A DNA stretch of 64,000 bases from Camelus dromedarius (lineage: Eukaryota). The notes beneath the pieces were generated by a model that saw only the letters and a list, made by a program, of their open reading frames with translations, searched no databases and had not been told where the DNA came from. The position numbers and the translations under genes were made by a program. This document shows positions 1 through 12,660 of this stretch, one piece after another; position 1 is the stretch's first letter; each line of letters begins with the position of its first letter. The stretch is taken from positions 39,556,001 through 39,620,000 of the forward strand of contig NC_087444.1 of the NCBI RefSeq assembly GCF_036321535.1. Reading direction: 5' to 3'.

Positions 1-712
1 AACAGCTAAGTCTATTATTCAGAATAGGTTACTTTTTGTGAAAGGTATAAGGTATGTGTCTAGATTAATTTTATGAACATAGATATTCAGTATTTCCAGC
101 ATATTTTTTTAAATTATCTTTTCTCCATTGACTGCCTTTGCTATTTTGCCAAAGATGAGTTAACTACATTTGTGTGGTTCTATTTCTGTACTCCTTGTTT
201 TATTTTATTTTATTGATCTATGTCTCTGTTCATTTGCCAATACTATCCTCTTTTCATTACTTAAAGCTTTATATTGAATCTTAATGCCAGGCAGTGTCAG
301 CCTTCCATCTTTGTCTTTTCTTCAGTATTGTGTTGCTTATTTTAGGTATTTTGACTTTCCATGTGAACTTTAGAATCATTCTGTTAATATTTACAAAGTG
401 GTTTTCTGGGACTTTGAGTGGAATTGTGTTGAATCTATGCATCAAATTGAGTAGAACTGGCATTTTAACAATATTGAGTCTTTCAATCCATGAAAACAGG
501 TTATCTCTACATTTTTAAAGAACTTCCTCAGTTCTTTACTTACGCATTTTTCTGCATATAAATTATGCACATCATTTGTTAGATTTATATGTTATTTTTA
601 GTGTTATTGTAAGTGGTATTATTATTTCAAACTTCTATTTTTTGTGTGTGCTACCCTATAGGAAAGCAGTTGACTTTTTTATATTAACCTTATTTCCACT
701 GGCCTTGCTATA

Positions 713-1207
713 CATATCTTCCTCAGCTTACGATGGGGTTGTATCCCAGTAAACCCACTGTAAGTTGAAAATACCATAAATTGAAAACACATTTAATATG
801 CCTACCCTGCCAAACATCATAGCTTACTTAGCCTAGTCCACCTGAAACATGTTCAGAACATTTACATTAACCTGCAGTTGGGCGAAATCAGTGAACACAG
901 ATCCTGTTTTGTATTAAAGTGCCAGATACCTTGTGTGATTTATTGAATGCTGTACTGAATGTGAAAAACAGTGCTTGTACTGATACGGATAGTTGTAAGG
1001 GTAACAGTTACTGGCAGACTGAGAGCTGGGGCTCACTGCCACTACATGGCATCATGGGAGTATTGTGCCACATAGCACTATCTTGGGAGGAACCAAAGTT
1101 CTAAATTTGAAGTGTGGTTTCTGCTGAATGCATATCACTTTCACACCATTGTAAAAGCAACCCATGTAAACTCAAGTTACCATCCAACATAAGTCAGGGG
1201 CCATCTG
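713..1207 (+). mobile_element. Tigger5/MER47-like DNA transposon (TcMar-Tigger, non-autonomous)
   Basis: Degenerate terminal inverted repeats (catatcttcctcagcttacgatgggg ... cataagtcaggggccatctg), flanked by TA at 711-712 and 1208-1209. The L1 continues on both sides. Confidence 0.85.
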
Positions 1208-2519
1208 TACTTGCTTATTATTTTCAGAAGTTCTTTTGTCAATTCCTCTGTGAACAAAGATGCATTTATACTTCCTTTCCAGTGTTTTTACCTTCTCTTT
1301 CCCTTTGTCTTAGTTGGACTAGCTAAGATACTCAGTACCATATTGAATAGGACTGGTGAGAGACAGCTTTCTTGCCTTTTCTCTGTTTATACCCAGTCTC
1401 TCATCATTCACTATGATAATTAGCTTTAGGTTTTGTTTGTTGTTGTTTTTGTTTTGTTTTGCTTAAGGGGTTCTTGTATAAGCTGAATAATTCCCCTCTG
1501 TTACCAATTTTCAAAGAGCTTTTCCCTTGACATTGTCGGATTTTGCTAAATGCTTTGTCTACATTAACTGACATGATTAAATGACTTTTTTCCCTTTACC
1601 CTGTTGTTATGGTTCATATGTTGATTGATTTAGGAGTGTTGAACCAGCCTTGCATACCTGGAGTAAATCCCACTTGATCATGGTATATAGTCATTTTTAC
1701 ATATTGTTGAGTTTGATCTGCTTATGTTTCATTGACAATCTTTGCATCTATGATTGTGAGAAATATTGGTGTACATATGTGCCTTCACCTTGTTTTGGTG
1801 TTAGAATAATGCTACTATCATAGAATGGTTTAGGAAGTTTCCCCTCTTTTTCTATTTTCTGGAAGAGTTTGTGGACAATTGGGATTTTTTTTTTTAATCC
1901 TTAAATGTTTGGTAGAATTTACCAGTGAAACAATCTGTGTATGGTACTTTATTTTTCAAAAGATTATAAATTATCATTTGAATAGGTACAGTCCTATTCA
2001 GATTATGTATTTATCCATGTTTGAATTTTAGCAGTTTGTGTCCTTCTAGAAATTGTTCCCATTTGTCTAAATTATCAAATTTGAAGTCATAGAGTTGTTG
2101 GTAGCATCTCACTGTTACCCTTTTGGTGCTGATGTACCAGTGGCAACCCCTTTTTCATTTCTGATGTTAATAATTTCTGCCTTCTCTCTTTTATTCTTGA
2201 CTGGCCAGGCTTGAGGCTTACCAATTCCATTGATCTTTTCAAAAGTCAGCTTTTGGTTCTGTTGGTTTTCTTTACTGTTTTCCTTTTTGTCATTCTTTTC
2301 TACTCTAATTTTTGTTTCTTGTCTTCTACATACTTTAGGTTTAAATTGCTCCTTTTTTCTAATTTTTTAAGATGGAAACTTACATTATTATTTTTAGATA
2401 TTTCTTGTTTTCAAATATATTAATGCTATAAATTTTCCCTATCTCTGCTTCTGTTGTATTATACAGATTTTGATAAGTTTTTTTGTTTTATTTAGTTCAA
2501 TGTACATTAATTTGTATGT

Positions 2520-2605
2520 AATATCCCTAGTATATAATATATAATAGTATATATAATATACATCATACAATAATATATTACTTATGATATAATATAATAT
2601 ATTAA
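2520..2605. repeat. AT-rich degenerate (TA/TAA)n low-complexity tract inside L1
   Basis: tatataatatataatagtatatataatata... seen directly. Confidence 0.7.
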
Positions 2606-4601
2606 CTTGACTCTTATTTGTTGATGTATGTGTTATTTAAAATTGATTTTTAATTTCCAAATATTTGGGAATTTTCTGTCTTTCTATCTTTCTGTTTTTG
2701 ATTTTTAGTTTAATTCAGTTGTGCTCTGAGAACTTTGCATGGTTTCTTTGTTTTAAGTTTGTTAAGGTGTGATGTGGCCTGTAATGTGTTCTAAGTTGCT
2801 GAATGATCCATAAGATCTTAGAAGGAATGTGTATTCTGCTATTGCCAGATGGAGTGTTCTAATAAAAGTTAATTAGATCACGCTGATTGATAGTGCTGGT
2901 AAAAGTCAACTATATCCTTACTGATTTTCTGCCTTTCTGATTTATTGATTTCTAAAAGAGGCATGTTGAAGTCTCTAACTGTAATAGTGAATTTGTCTAT
3001 TTTTCCTCACAGTTCTATTATTTTTTGTTTCATAAATTTTAACACTCTGTTGTCAGGTACATACACTCTTAGAATTGTAATGTCTTTTGGGAGAATCAAC
3101 CCTTTTGTTATTAAATAAACACTCTATTTATTCTTGACAATTTTCTGAACTTTTCTTTGTGTGTAATTAATATGACTGCTTCAGCTTTCCTTTCATTAGG
3201 TTTATCTTTCTCCATCCCTTTACTCTTAACCTATCTGAGTCTGTATATTTAAGTTGACTTCTTCTAGACAACATATAGTTGGCTTTTTGTTTTTGTTTTT
3301 GTTTTTTTAATCTGCACTGAGAATCTTTCTCTCTTCATTGGTATGTTTAGAACATTTCCACTTAAAGTGATGATTAGTATGCTTAGATTAATATGTATCA
3401 AAATTTAAACTTGTTTCTATTTTTTGCACTTGGACTTTGTTCCTTTACCACTTCCATCTTTTTTACACCTTTTTTGCTTTTAAATGATCAGTTTATATGA
3501 TTCTATTCTATCTACTTTCTTGGCATATCAAAATATTTCTTTTTCCATGTTTTTAGTAGTTACCCTAGAGTTTACAATACACCTTTAAAACTAGATACAC
3601 CTTCTAATAACACCATACCACTTCAAATATAGTGCAGATGCCTTATAAAAGAGTATTTTAAATTCCCCTCTCCCACCCTCATTACCAGTATCATATTAAA
3701 GAAACAATTGTATTTTAAATTAAGAATAAGAAAAATAGAAGATTTTGTTTTTCTTTCAGTTATTCTTTTCTAATGCTTTATCTTTTATCCATGTAGATCC
3801 AAGTTTTAGATTGTTTTTTATTTAAATTTTCCCTGAATAACTTTTTAAAAGAATTTTATCAGCACAAGTCTTGTGAAAATGAATTTCCTCAGTTTCTGTT
3901 TATCTGAGAAAGACTTTTTATTTTTCCTTCACTTTTCAAGGATAATTTCACTGGTATTGAATTCTAGGTTGGTGTTTTTGTTTTTCCTAACACTTCAAAT
4001 ATTTTATTCCAATTTCTTCTTTCTTGCATGGTTTCTGACAGCATATCCAATATAATTGTTGTTATTCTTTTGACTCCGTAAGTTTATACTCTCGGGTTTT
4101 TTCCCTAAGATTTTATCTTTGTTTTTGGTTTCCTATCATTTAAATATGATATACTCCAGTGAATTTTCTTTAACTTTTTTTATTTTTTTGCATTTACCCT
4201 GCTTGGTGCTTTCTGGGTCTGTAGTTTGGTGTTTGTCATTCATTTTGGAAAATTATCAGTCATATTACTTCAAATATTTCTTTTACTATGTTCTTAACTT
4301 TCTCTTTTTAGTCTTTAAATTGCAGAGTGTTATACATTTTGAAATTATCCCGTTGTCTTAGATGTTCTGGTTTTTTGGCTCTCTCTCTCTCTCTTTTTTT
4401 TTTTTTTTTTTCATTTTATTTTGGAAGATTTCTATTGACCTGTCTTAAGATCTCTGATTCATCCCTCACTCATACCCATTTTACTGATGAACTCAAAGTT
4501 ACTATTCATTTTTATTACACTGTTTTGATTTCTAGCTTTTTTTGAAATTTGTGTATAATTCCATCTCTCTGATACATAATTTTACATTACCCCCTTATTC
4601 T

Positions 4602-5205
4602 TGTCACCCGAAAAACTGGACTCACATCTTGGTGGGTGTGGAACCAAAAGACACAATCAAGCCAAAGATGGAAAGAAGGAAGGATTTGTTATTTGCAGCA
4701 AGTAAGGAGGACACTGGGGATCTTTCCCGAAGCAATGTCTGCCATAACAGCAAGACTGGGGAAGTTTTAAGCTAAAGTTACATGCATATTTGTGAGGGGA
4801 CTTGGGCAGACGAGAATTCAGCACAGAATTGGGGCAAAGGTTGACAGAGTCCAAGTTTTAGTTGACTGAAGTCACAAGGTTCAGAAAAAGTCATTGTCAT
4901 CTGTTAGGTTCCAGTTAATTTGGTGGTTGTGTGCTTCAGGCTGATCTTTATCATTGAAACAGAAGTTGGAGTCTTTGTAACAGATAATTATCTTTGCTAT
5001 TGTTATTTCTATTGCCTGATAACAGCCCTTTCTTTCTGCATCATTTTGTTTCCTTGAGATCATGGATGACTGAGACCTGTTCAAGGACAGCACTGTGGCC
5101 AGCCTTAGATCACAAAGTGGCTTAGGCCAAAAATGGCTTCTCTTATGTCAAGAGAGCCATACCTGGTTCTCTTTCTCTGTGGACCCCCTACACTACCTGC
5201 TTACA
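4602..5205 (-). mobile_element. Solo LTR, ERV1-like (copy A of a family present twice)
   Basis: TG...CA termini (tgtcacccg ... ctgcttaca), near-TSD ttct/ttcc, and the host L1 resumes on both sides. Clear homology to 10226-10746. Confidence 0.8.
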
Positions 5206-5532
5206 TTCCTACATGTTGCCTACTTTTTCATTAGACCCTTATAGGATATTAATCATAGTTATTTTAAATTTCAGGATTGATGTTGACAATTTCAATATCT
5301 GCGTTTTATTTGAATCTGGTTCTCATACTTGATTTGTCTCTTCAGACTATGTTTTTTCTTACATTTTAACATGATTTGACATTATTTTGGTGAAAGATGG
5401 ACATGCTGTGTCAGGTAATAGAAACCGAGTTAAATAAACCTTTAGTGTGATATTTTATGTAGTTTGGTCAGGACTGGGCTGTAATTTGGTCAGGATAGGT
5501 GCCAGAGGCTAACATTTCATCTAGTGTCCTTT

Positions 5533-5533
5533 A

Positions 5534-5564
<31 letters not shown>

Positions 5565-5652
5565 ATCTATCTACCTACCTACCTACCTGTCTGTCTGTTT
5601 ATCAATCTAACTGCCTATCTATCTCTCTCTGTCTCTCTCTCTTTCTATCTAC

Positions 5653-5688
<36 letters not shown>

Positions 5689-5689
5689 T
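5533..5689. repeat. Compound microsatellite (CT)n/(CTAT)n/(CTAC)n/(CTGT)n
   Basis: Seen directly. Confidence 0.95.
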
Positions 5690-7222
5690 TCTCCCATGTT
5701 GTCATTAGGATTCCCTAAGAACTTCTCCTTAGATGGAGTCTGTGTCTTGTGACTCTGTCAACTGCAGTCCATTGATGTTGTACTGGGGTCCTGGTTATGA
5801 AGTGGAAAGGTGTAGAGGGAGAGGAAGTGTTTTGCAACCATATCATTAAATGTCATGTAAAGGACCTGTGCCCCTGATGTCTAACGTTCTCCATGTTCTT
5901 AGCCTTTGCTATTGTCTCCTAATGTGAAACAGAAAAGCTGTTAGGGGCCTGGAGACAACGAAATGCCCTTCTCCTAGTTCACATAAGCTTTTGTAAAGTC
6001 TATACTCTGGATATTAAGCCTTCATTATGGAGAATGCTCTAAGCATATTTCACAATGGTTACTTTCTCTCTTCTCTTGCCAGAGCTAAGAGTGCATCTCT
6101 TGGCTTTTTCCTATGAGAACTTGGGTGGAGTTCCTGGAGATTATACCTCAGAACATATGGGCAACTAACTCCCTAAAACACCTCACTTGCATGCTAAAGC
6201 CCAAACTCAACCTCATTTGGGGAGGATAAATAAAATACTAGACCAGAGTTTGGCTGTGGATCATCATAGTGATTATAGAAACAGCAATGGCTTTGGAGCC
6301 AAATACACTTGGTTCAAATTCTGTAACTATTCCTTAATATGTGAGTCAGATCAAGAGACCTATTGTTTTAGAGCTTCATGGACAAAATAAAAAAATGAAG
6401 CCTTTTTTTTAATGTGGCCATTGTTAGGAAGAGCAGACGCTCATATTATTTTTCAATTGTAATATTCACATACAAAGTATTATATTATCAGCAGCATTAC
6501 CAACATTATCAGAACTTTTTGTGATTATTGATTTCTTATCAGAGAGGTAGCTGCATGAAAAGACCTTTTGAAATAGTGAAATGTGACTGTGATATAAAAA
6601 GGGCGTTGAAAGTGATGCAACTTATAAGGCATAATAAAAAAACTGAAAACACACAATATCTCCTTTGTGATTTGCCAAAACAACCCCTTATGTGGTCTTT
6701 TGATGGATATAAAGTACCTGCCGTCTTTCCATATGTTATCTTCACACCCATTAGGTGGTATGGACAAAAACTAAAACATTTGCTTCTCTTGATAACCCTG
6801 AGATGTGAATAAGAATAACCATATTTTTCTTGTTTTAAGTATGAGGAAACTAAAGTTTTGTCATCAAAAGAATAAACCTAAAGTCATACCTTTTGTTTTG
6901 AAGAGTAGCTAGAATTCAATTCAAGAATCCAGAAAATTTATTCTCACACTTGGGCCAAAGATCTTTCCTCAACACAATATGGCCTCTTGCCAAATGTATG
7001 TCATTTGATGCGCCACTGAATTACAAAGGGTTTGAATATGTCAGTTTCTCAAACTCCAAAACAGGTATGTGTGAAGCTGTCTATGTACTACTGACACTTT
7101 TAACACCCCTTGCTGCCCCCCCAGGTTTCAGTAAACTTTTGTCATTCTAAGAGGGAAATAATGCAGGTATCACAGTTAAGCAGAGAATTTGAATTATTAG
7201 CCCTAACTGAGCAAGACAATTA

Positions 7223-7711
7223 TGGGGCCAACTGGTGTCCTTCAAAGTCCAACGACCCCCATTCCTGGGCTGTCTGATGTCTTCCTGCAGTCCCTCAAAA
7301 GATAAAGTACATTCTTTACTGGGCATGTTTGCCTTGACCAACTAATAGCCTAGGTAAAGCCCAATCTCACAATAGCTCAGGCTGGTTTATTTCAGCCCAC
7401 ATCTCCACCTTATCAGAGTCATAAATCCCACCACCCCTTCATGGACCCTAAACTTCTTACCTCATGTACAACCAGTCAGAGAACAGTGCATGCACACAGA
7501 CCCCAACCCATCATGTTCACCAAACTCTGACCCATAAAAGGCCTCAACCACCAACCCTTGGAGTTCATGCAGGCCCCTCTCGTCTATGTGGCCTGCTGTT
7601 GTCTACATCAGCGTAACCTAACAAACTCTTTATGTTCCCATCCTTTGCCTTTGCCTTCGGTAGATTCTTTACTGCCCATGAACCGGTCCACCATGTCCCC
7701 CAACAGCAACA
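7223..7711 (+). mobile_element. Solo LTR, family unresolved
   Basis: TG start and CA end, near-TSD aatta/aattc, TATA-like cataaaa at ~7535, and U5-like ggtagattcttttactgcc. Confidence 0.6.
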
Positions 7712-8475
7712 AATTCTGATGCAAATGTTTCTTGCACAATCTAAAGCCTTGGAAATGTTCTAATTAGTTGGGGAATATCACTGTTTTAATAGGTTGTCAC
7801 TCCACTCAGGTTTTAGAGATACAAGTGAATGAAAAGTGAAAGGACTTGCTGCCTAAAACCCAGGAGCACTTGGTTTCTGTAGACTGCCTTAGGAGAGACA
7901 GACACAGCCTGACTCAGTAGCATCATCAGGATTGCTAAAGGGCCTCCAAAGGAGAGCGATTTCTCCTGTAAGAAGTGGTGGGGGCCTGTGTATTAATAGC
8001 ACACAATTAATCCACTGTAGGATATGGTTTTCTCTTAAAGAGTAGGAAGATGAAATGGATTTGATTCTCTACCAACTAGTGACCACTTCACAAGTTCTAG
8101 GAGGGGAAAAGGGCACACTGACTTTTACTAGCCCCTTAAAGGCCAGCCACTAATCTGAATGTGAAAATGCGGTCATATTTACCTTCTTCCCAGGCACTTA
8201 TTGTCTAACAGTGTGCTTCTGCTTTTACCATTAGAATGGTAAAATCACAACTTGGCTTTAGGGGAAGCAGTGTGGCATGGTGCCGAGGGACTGTTGGCAT
8301 TTGCCACAAGGAGACATGATCTTTGTGGCCACATGCTCAGGCTCGTCACCAGCAAGTCATAATAAAGCATATTGCATCTTATAACTCTAGCACATCACTC
8401 CAAAAATTCTCTTGGCCACCTGGTCACTCCTGTGACAACTGGTTTCAAGTAGGCTTAGGCCTAAGTTAACTTCCA

Positions 8476-8940
8476 TGAAAGGAAAATCAAAATGAAGTTG
8501 GTATTGCTAAGAGAGTTCTCGAAAATGGAGCAGGGAGACCACTAAGGAAGTGTGACTTATGCATGTTTCAGCCTGGATGGAATCTGAACTTTTGGCCTGA
8601 TGAAGTCATCCAGAACACATGCCAGAAACTCAGGATACTTATCAGACCCTTACCCTAAAACAACTTGTGACACTCTACTTATTGGACTTCTACCCTAAAA
8701 CAGCTCATGATTCCTTAAGGACATATATTCTCTAACTTGGGTCAGGGTCCATCACAATGCTTTCTAGGCAACTTTTAACAACCTCCTGGCTTTTTGCCTT
8801 TATAAGCCCCTGTATCTTTTTCTTTCCTAGAACACTCTTTCTAGGTTACCCAAATCTGTGTCTCCCAAATTATAGTTCTTAAGATCCCAAATGAACTCGT
8901 TTCTTATTTGTAGCCTCCTGCATTTTTTTTTAAATTAACA
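8476..8940 (+). mobile_element. Solo LTR, ERV1 MER34/MER39-group-like
   Basis: Starts tgaaaggaaaatcaaaatg...gctaagagagttctcgaaaatggagc. Has TATA-like tttataag, poly(A)-signal-like cccaaatgaactc and ends ttaaca. No clear TSD. Confidence 0.65.
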
Positions 8941-8984
8941 CTTTCTGCAGGAGCAACATGAACAGGACATTATCTTGGTCCATA

Positions 8985-9895
8985 TTATAATATTTTTATT
9001 TCATGCCCTAGACCTTCTTTGATGTACACAGATGGGACTACCATAATCACTTATGTGAAAATTGGAAGGGCAGGCTCATGGAGCCACCTTTGCCAATGGG
9101 AGTAAGACTGGTTGGGTAAATATTTTCCTCTTTTATCCCCAGGCAGCAGGTTTTGATATGAATTTCATAAAATTCTTTTAGAGTTTCCAATGGAAGTTAT
9201 CATTAGTTACCATAGGGGAGTAGAATTTGCCATCCCTAGTATGTCTCTTTGGTATATTCATTGTTTTAAGCTTTTTTTAAGCTGTTCATTTTCTAAGAAA
9301 CAGCGGAAATCGGGAAAACTTTAAAAACCAAATAGGAGTTAGCCTTTTTTCAGAAACATTTACATTTATAAGGGAAATTTTACTTGTAAGAGCTTCTCTT
9401 ACTAAATCTAGAAACTGATAAAAGTTGACTAAATCTAGAAAGTGATATCTAGGGAGAAGGTACTGACTTAAATCTGCATAATAACTTTCCCCTTGTTTAC
9501 TGTACTTTTCTTGGTAGCCTCCCGTAACTGATTCTCTTCACCCTCAACATCTTTAGCTGAGGGTGAAATTTAAAGTGAGGGCTTTGGCCATTTTGGGGAG
9601 TTATTCAGTTTTCTTGGGTCTCCCTCATGTGTACATGTTATTAAACTTTTGTTTGATTTTCTCCTGTTAATCTGTCTCATGTCAATTTTAATCTTAGACT
9701 AGCCAAAAGAACCTAGAAGGTAGAAGAAAATTTATTCCTCCCTGACATTACCCACCCTGGTAGCCAACTTGATAATATATACTTGCGTTGACTTTTACTC
9801 CTTCTCTTTTTCACTACCTGCCTTATTCCTTTCTTTCACATTACCAAGTAAACTAGTTTCACATAAGCCCTTTTTTCTGGCCCCAGAGGAAGACA
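8985..9895 (+). mobile_element. LTR16-like ERVL LTR, split by a younger LTR
   Basis: The 3' part resembles LTR16 (ccaagtaaactagtttcacataagccc...gaggaagaca). The sequence is continuous across the 9211-9747 insert. Confidence 0.55.
9211..9747 (+). mobile_element. Solo LTR, ERV1 MER34-like
   Basis: Perfect 4-bp TSD TTAC (9207-9210 and 9748-9751). Starts taggggagtagaatttgccatccc and ends ttcctccctgaca. Confidence 0.85.
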
Positions 9896-9904
9896 CTTGC
9901 TTTA

Positions 9905-10047
9905 AGCTCCTGTTCCTTAAAGTATGCTCTGGGTACCATCAGCACTGGCATTACTTGGAAATTAATTAAAATTGCCAAACCTACTGAGTCTCCAGCTGCA
10001 TCTCAGCAAGGTCCTACGTGCCCATCAAAGTTTAAGAAATACTACCT
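9905..10047. mobile_element. MER5A-like hAT-Charlie MITE
   Basis: cttaaagtatgctct...cagcactggcattacttgg...aaagtttaagaaatact resembles MER5. Confidence 0.55.
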
Positions 10048-10225
10048 TAAAATTCAAATGCCATAATAATTTAAATTAGATGACAAACTCAAATGCATTA
10101 GAGGCCAAATTAATTAAATTATGTAATTATGTAAATGAGTTAAGTGACCTGATTATAGGATAAGAAGGAATGCTGTAAACTTTGAGTTGGGAAACATGCA
10201 TTCTGTGCTATTTCATGGATGAAAT

Positions 10226-10746
10226 TGTTACCCAAAAACTGAGTTCTCCTTTTGATGGGTATTGAACCGAAAGACACAACCAAGCCAAAGAGTGGGAGAA
10301 GGAAGGATTTATGACTTGCAGCAAGTAGAGAAAACACCAGGAAATCTTTCCCAAAGCAGTGTCTCTCCAAAAGGCAAAATTGGGCCATTTTTAAACTAAA
10401 GGTACATGCATATTTATGAAGGGACTTGGGTGGTATATGCATATTCATGAAGAGGCTTGAGCAGAGGAGAATTCAGCATAGAATTAGGGCAAAGGTTGAC
10501 AGAATCCAGGCTTTAGTTGATTGAAGTCACGATGGTCAGAAGAGGTGAATGTCATCATTCCTTAGGTTCTGACCAGTCTGGGTTCTCCCATACCTTAAGA
10601 TCATTAATTACTGAGACCTGTTCAAGGGCCAGCATTGTGCCCAGGCTTAGATCACAAAATAGCTTAGGCAAAAAATAGCCTCTCTTGAGTCAAGAAAGCT
10701 GTGCCCAGTTCTCTTTCTCCAGGGTTCCCTACCCTATCTGCTTATA
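10226..10746 (-). mobile_element. Solo LTR, ERV1-like (copy B, same family as 4602-5205)
   Basis: Shares long blocks with copy A (aagacacaa.caagccaaaga; gaattcagca.agaatt.gggcaaaggttgacaga; ctgagacctgttcaagg). Starts tgttaccc and ends ctgcttata. No clear TSD. Confidence 0.8.
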
Positions 10747-12199
10747 AAGCCACCACATGAGTATTGAAAATTGATGCCACATAGTAACATGGATCCTGCT
10801 TCCTTCAAATTTTTCTAGAGGTACAGGAAATAGAGGATATAAGATAATTTTTATAATTTTTAAAAATACTTCGGGGGCCCAAGAGATATATCTAAAGATT
10901 GGAAATGTTTTATAGGCTTCCTTTTGTCCTTCTCTCCAGATATCTAAGCTATTGTACTTATGAAGCACCAAGTAGAGAAGGTACACCAGGAATGAGCATT
11001 CCATTGATTTTGCACAGATACCTTGCTAAATTGCAACTTTCTTCTGCTTTAAGCTTACCCACGCCTTTGATCTCCATATGCTCTTAACTCTCAGTTCCAT
11101 GTTTATGTATTTCTGAGATTTGTTTCTATGGCCTTCAAGGTACAGTTTGGCTTCAGCCTGATTTAATTCTTTGCTCTTTGTTCCAAAAAGGGTCAACTGT
11201 CTTTTCATTTTCCTCTTTTAGCTTCCTTTGAGGGGATACCCTGTCATCTGACCAGCCGTGGAAATCACTCCGTTAGACTTTCTGGGTTCCTTGAAGGTCA
11301 AGAATGATTTGGCTCTCATAGAACTGCTTTGGTTGTTGTTGTTGTTACTAATGATTGCAAACTCTGCACATTTCTCCATTTTAAAATTGATCAAATTCAG
11401 TATAACCATTATTTCTTAGTAAACGTAATATTGTTATATTGAAAAATCTTCCAAAACATGGCACCTATGTGTAAAAACTGCAATCAAAATATTCCTTCTC
11501 AGAAAACCAGTCTTTTCTCCCTTGGGAGTGAAAAATAATAATAATATTAATAACTGGACCAAGTTATCACTAAGGATCCTTTGATATTTTACTTTTTATT
11601 AGTTTTCTCATTCACTATAATTTATTTGTATCAGCAATTTACAAGGTTCCCTTGGACAGAAAAATTACCTGCACCATGGTGGGATTATTTTCCTCTTTCC
11701 TTTTGATTATGAATTTTGTTACAGAATGTAAGAAAATTCTACACTGAGCCCTGTGATTTGGAGATGGATAATAAGAATCAAGGAATCGATACTTAGTAAA
11801 ATAATTTAGGGAAAAAAAAAACAATAAATTTTTGCATTTGAAGATTAACTTGGTTGTTTGTTTCTTCTTATAAAATTAGTTTTGTTCAAGGCCTACTGTG
11901 CAGGGAAGGCCTTAGGGAAATAAAGTGGTGCATTTTTCATTGTCTTCAAATCTATTTTCTGCTTGAACAGAGTCAGCATTAAATTTAAAGCAAGAAAATC
12001 ACTCTCTGATGGAAATCTCAGTATAAGAAGCATGGTCCACTTTCTTGTGGGTGTTGATTTTTAAGTCATTCAACTGCACGTATTTCTAACCACATAAACA
12101 CCAGGAACTTGATTTAACACAGCTTGATCACCTAACCTATATTACAACAAGTTTGTTTTAAAAACACGAATATTGCTATTTAATCTAGTAGAACAAAGA

Positions 12200-12315
12200 G
12201 CCTCACCTTTTAGATCTCAGAGACCTGGCTTTAAATCCTCACTCTTATACTCATCAGCTATGTGACATTAGGTATCATACTTAACCTCCCTGAGTATTAG
12301 TTTCCCCATCTGACC
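12200..12315 (+). mobile_element. MIR SINE fragment
   Basis: Core-like ctatgtgacattagg...ttaacctccctgagtattagtttccccatctg. Confidence 0.6.
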
Positions 12316-12519
12316 AAATTTGTCTGACTCTTATAACCCATACCATTTGTATTGCATCAAGATTTTCTTCATACATCTGTACCCATGTAATCATTATTAC
12401 TAAACAATTTCCAGTTCAGTGTTTTCTTCAGTTCCCACTATTTTATACTGTGTCCTCAGATTCTATGGTGTGTCTGTTCTCATCCCATATTACTTTGTTC
12501 ATCACACACAAATGTCTAT

Positions 12520-12660
12520 CAAGTTTTTAGCACTACCTAGTTTACTTAATCCAATTGGACTGTGACCTCTGTAGGTCTGTTTCACATGTCTCTATTCCCT
12601 CAATCAAAGGATCCATCATGGTCCCTAGAAATTAGTAAATGCTTAGAAGCAGTTGCTTCC
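12520..12660 (+). mobile_element. L2 3' end fragment
   Basis: ggactgtgacctctg...ccctagaaattagtaaatgctt resembles the L2 tail. Confidence 0.45.

Larger units (their letters stand above)
1..6190 (-). mobile_element. Long ancient L1 (L1M/L1MC-like), antisense, interrupted by a Tigger MITE, an LTR and microsatellites
   Basis: T-rich antisense L1 ORF2 motifs (ttgaataggactggtgagag at ~1345; ttgaaccagccttgcatacctggagtaaatcccacttgatcatgg at ~1640). Endonuclease-region motifs at ~2830-3100, ORF1-like sequence at ~3870-4500 and 5' region at ~5210-6190. The 3' end lies beyond the window start. Subfamily is uncertain. Confidence 0.85.

Noticed and set aside
4602-10746. Two related LTRs bracketing a full provirus
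   Set aside because: The intervening DNA is the continuing L1, microsatellites and unrelated LTRs. There is no primer-binding site or gag/pol, the copies differ structurally, and copy A has its own near-TSD.
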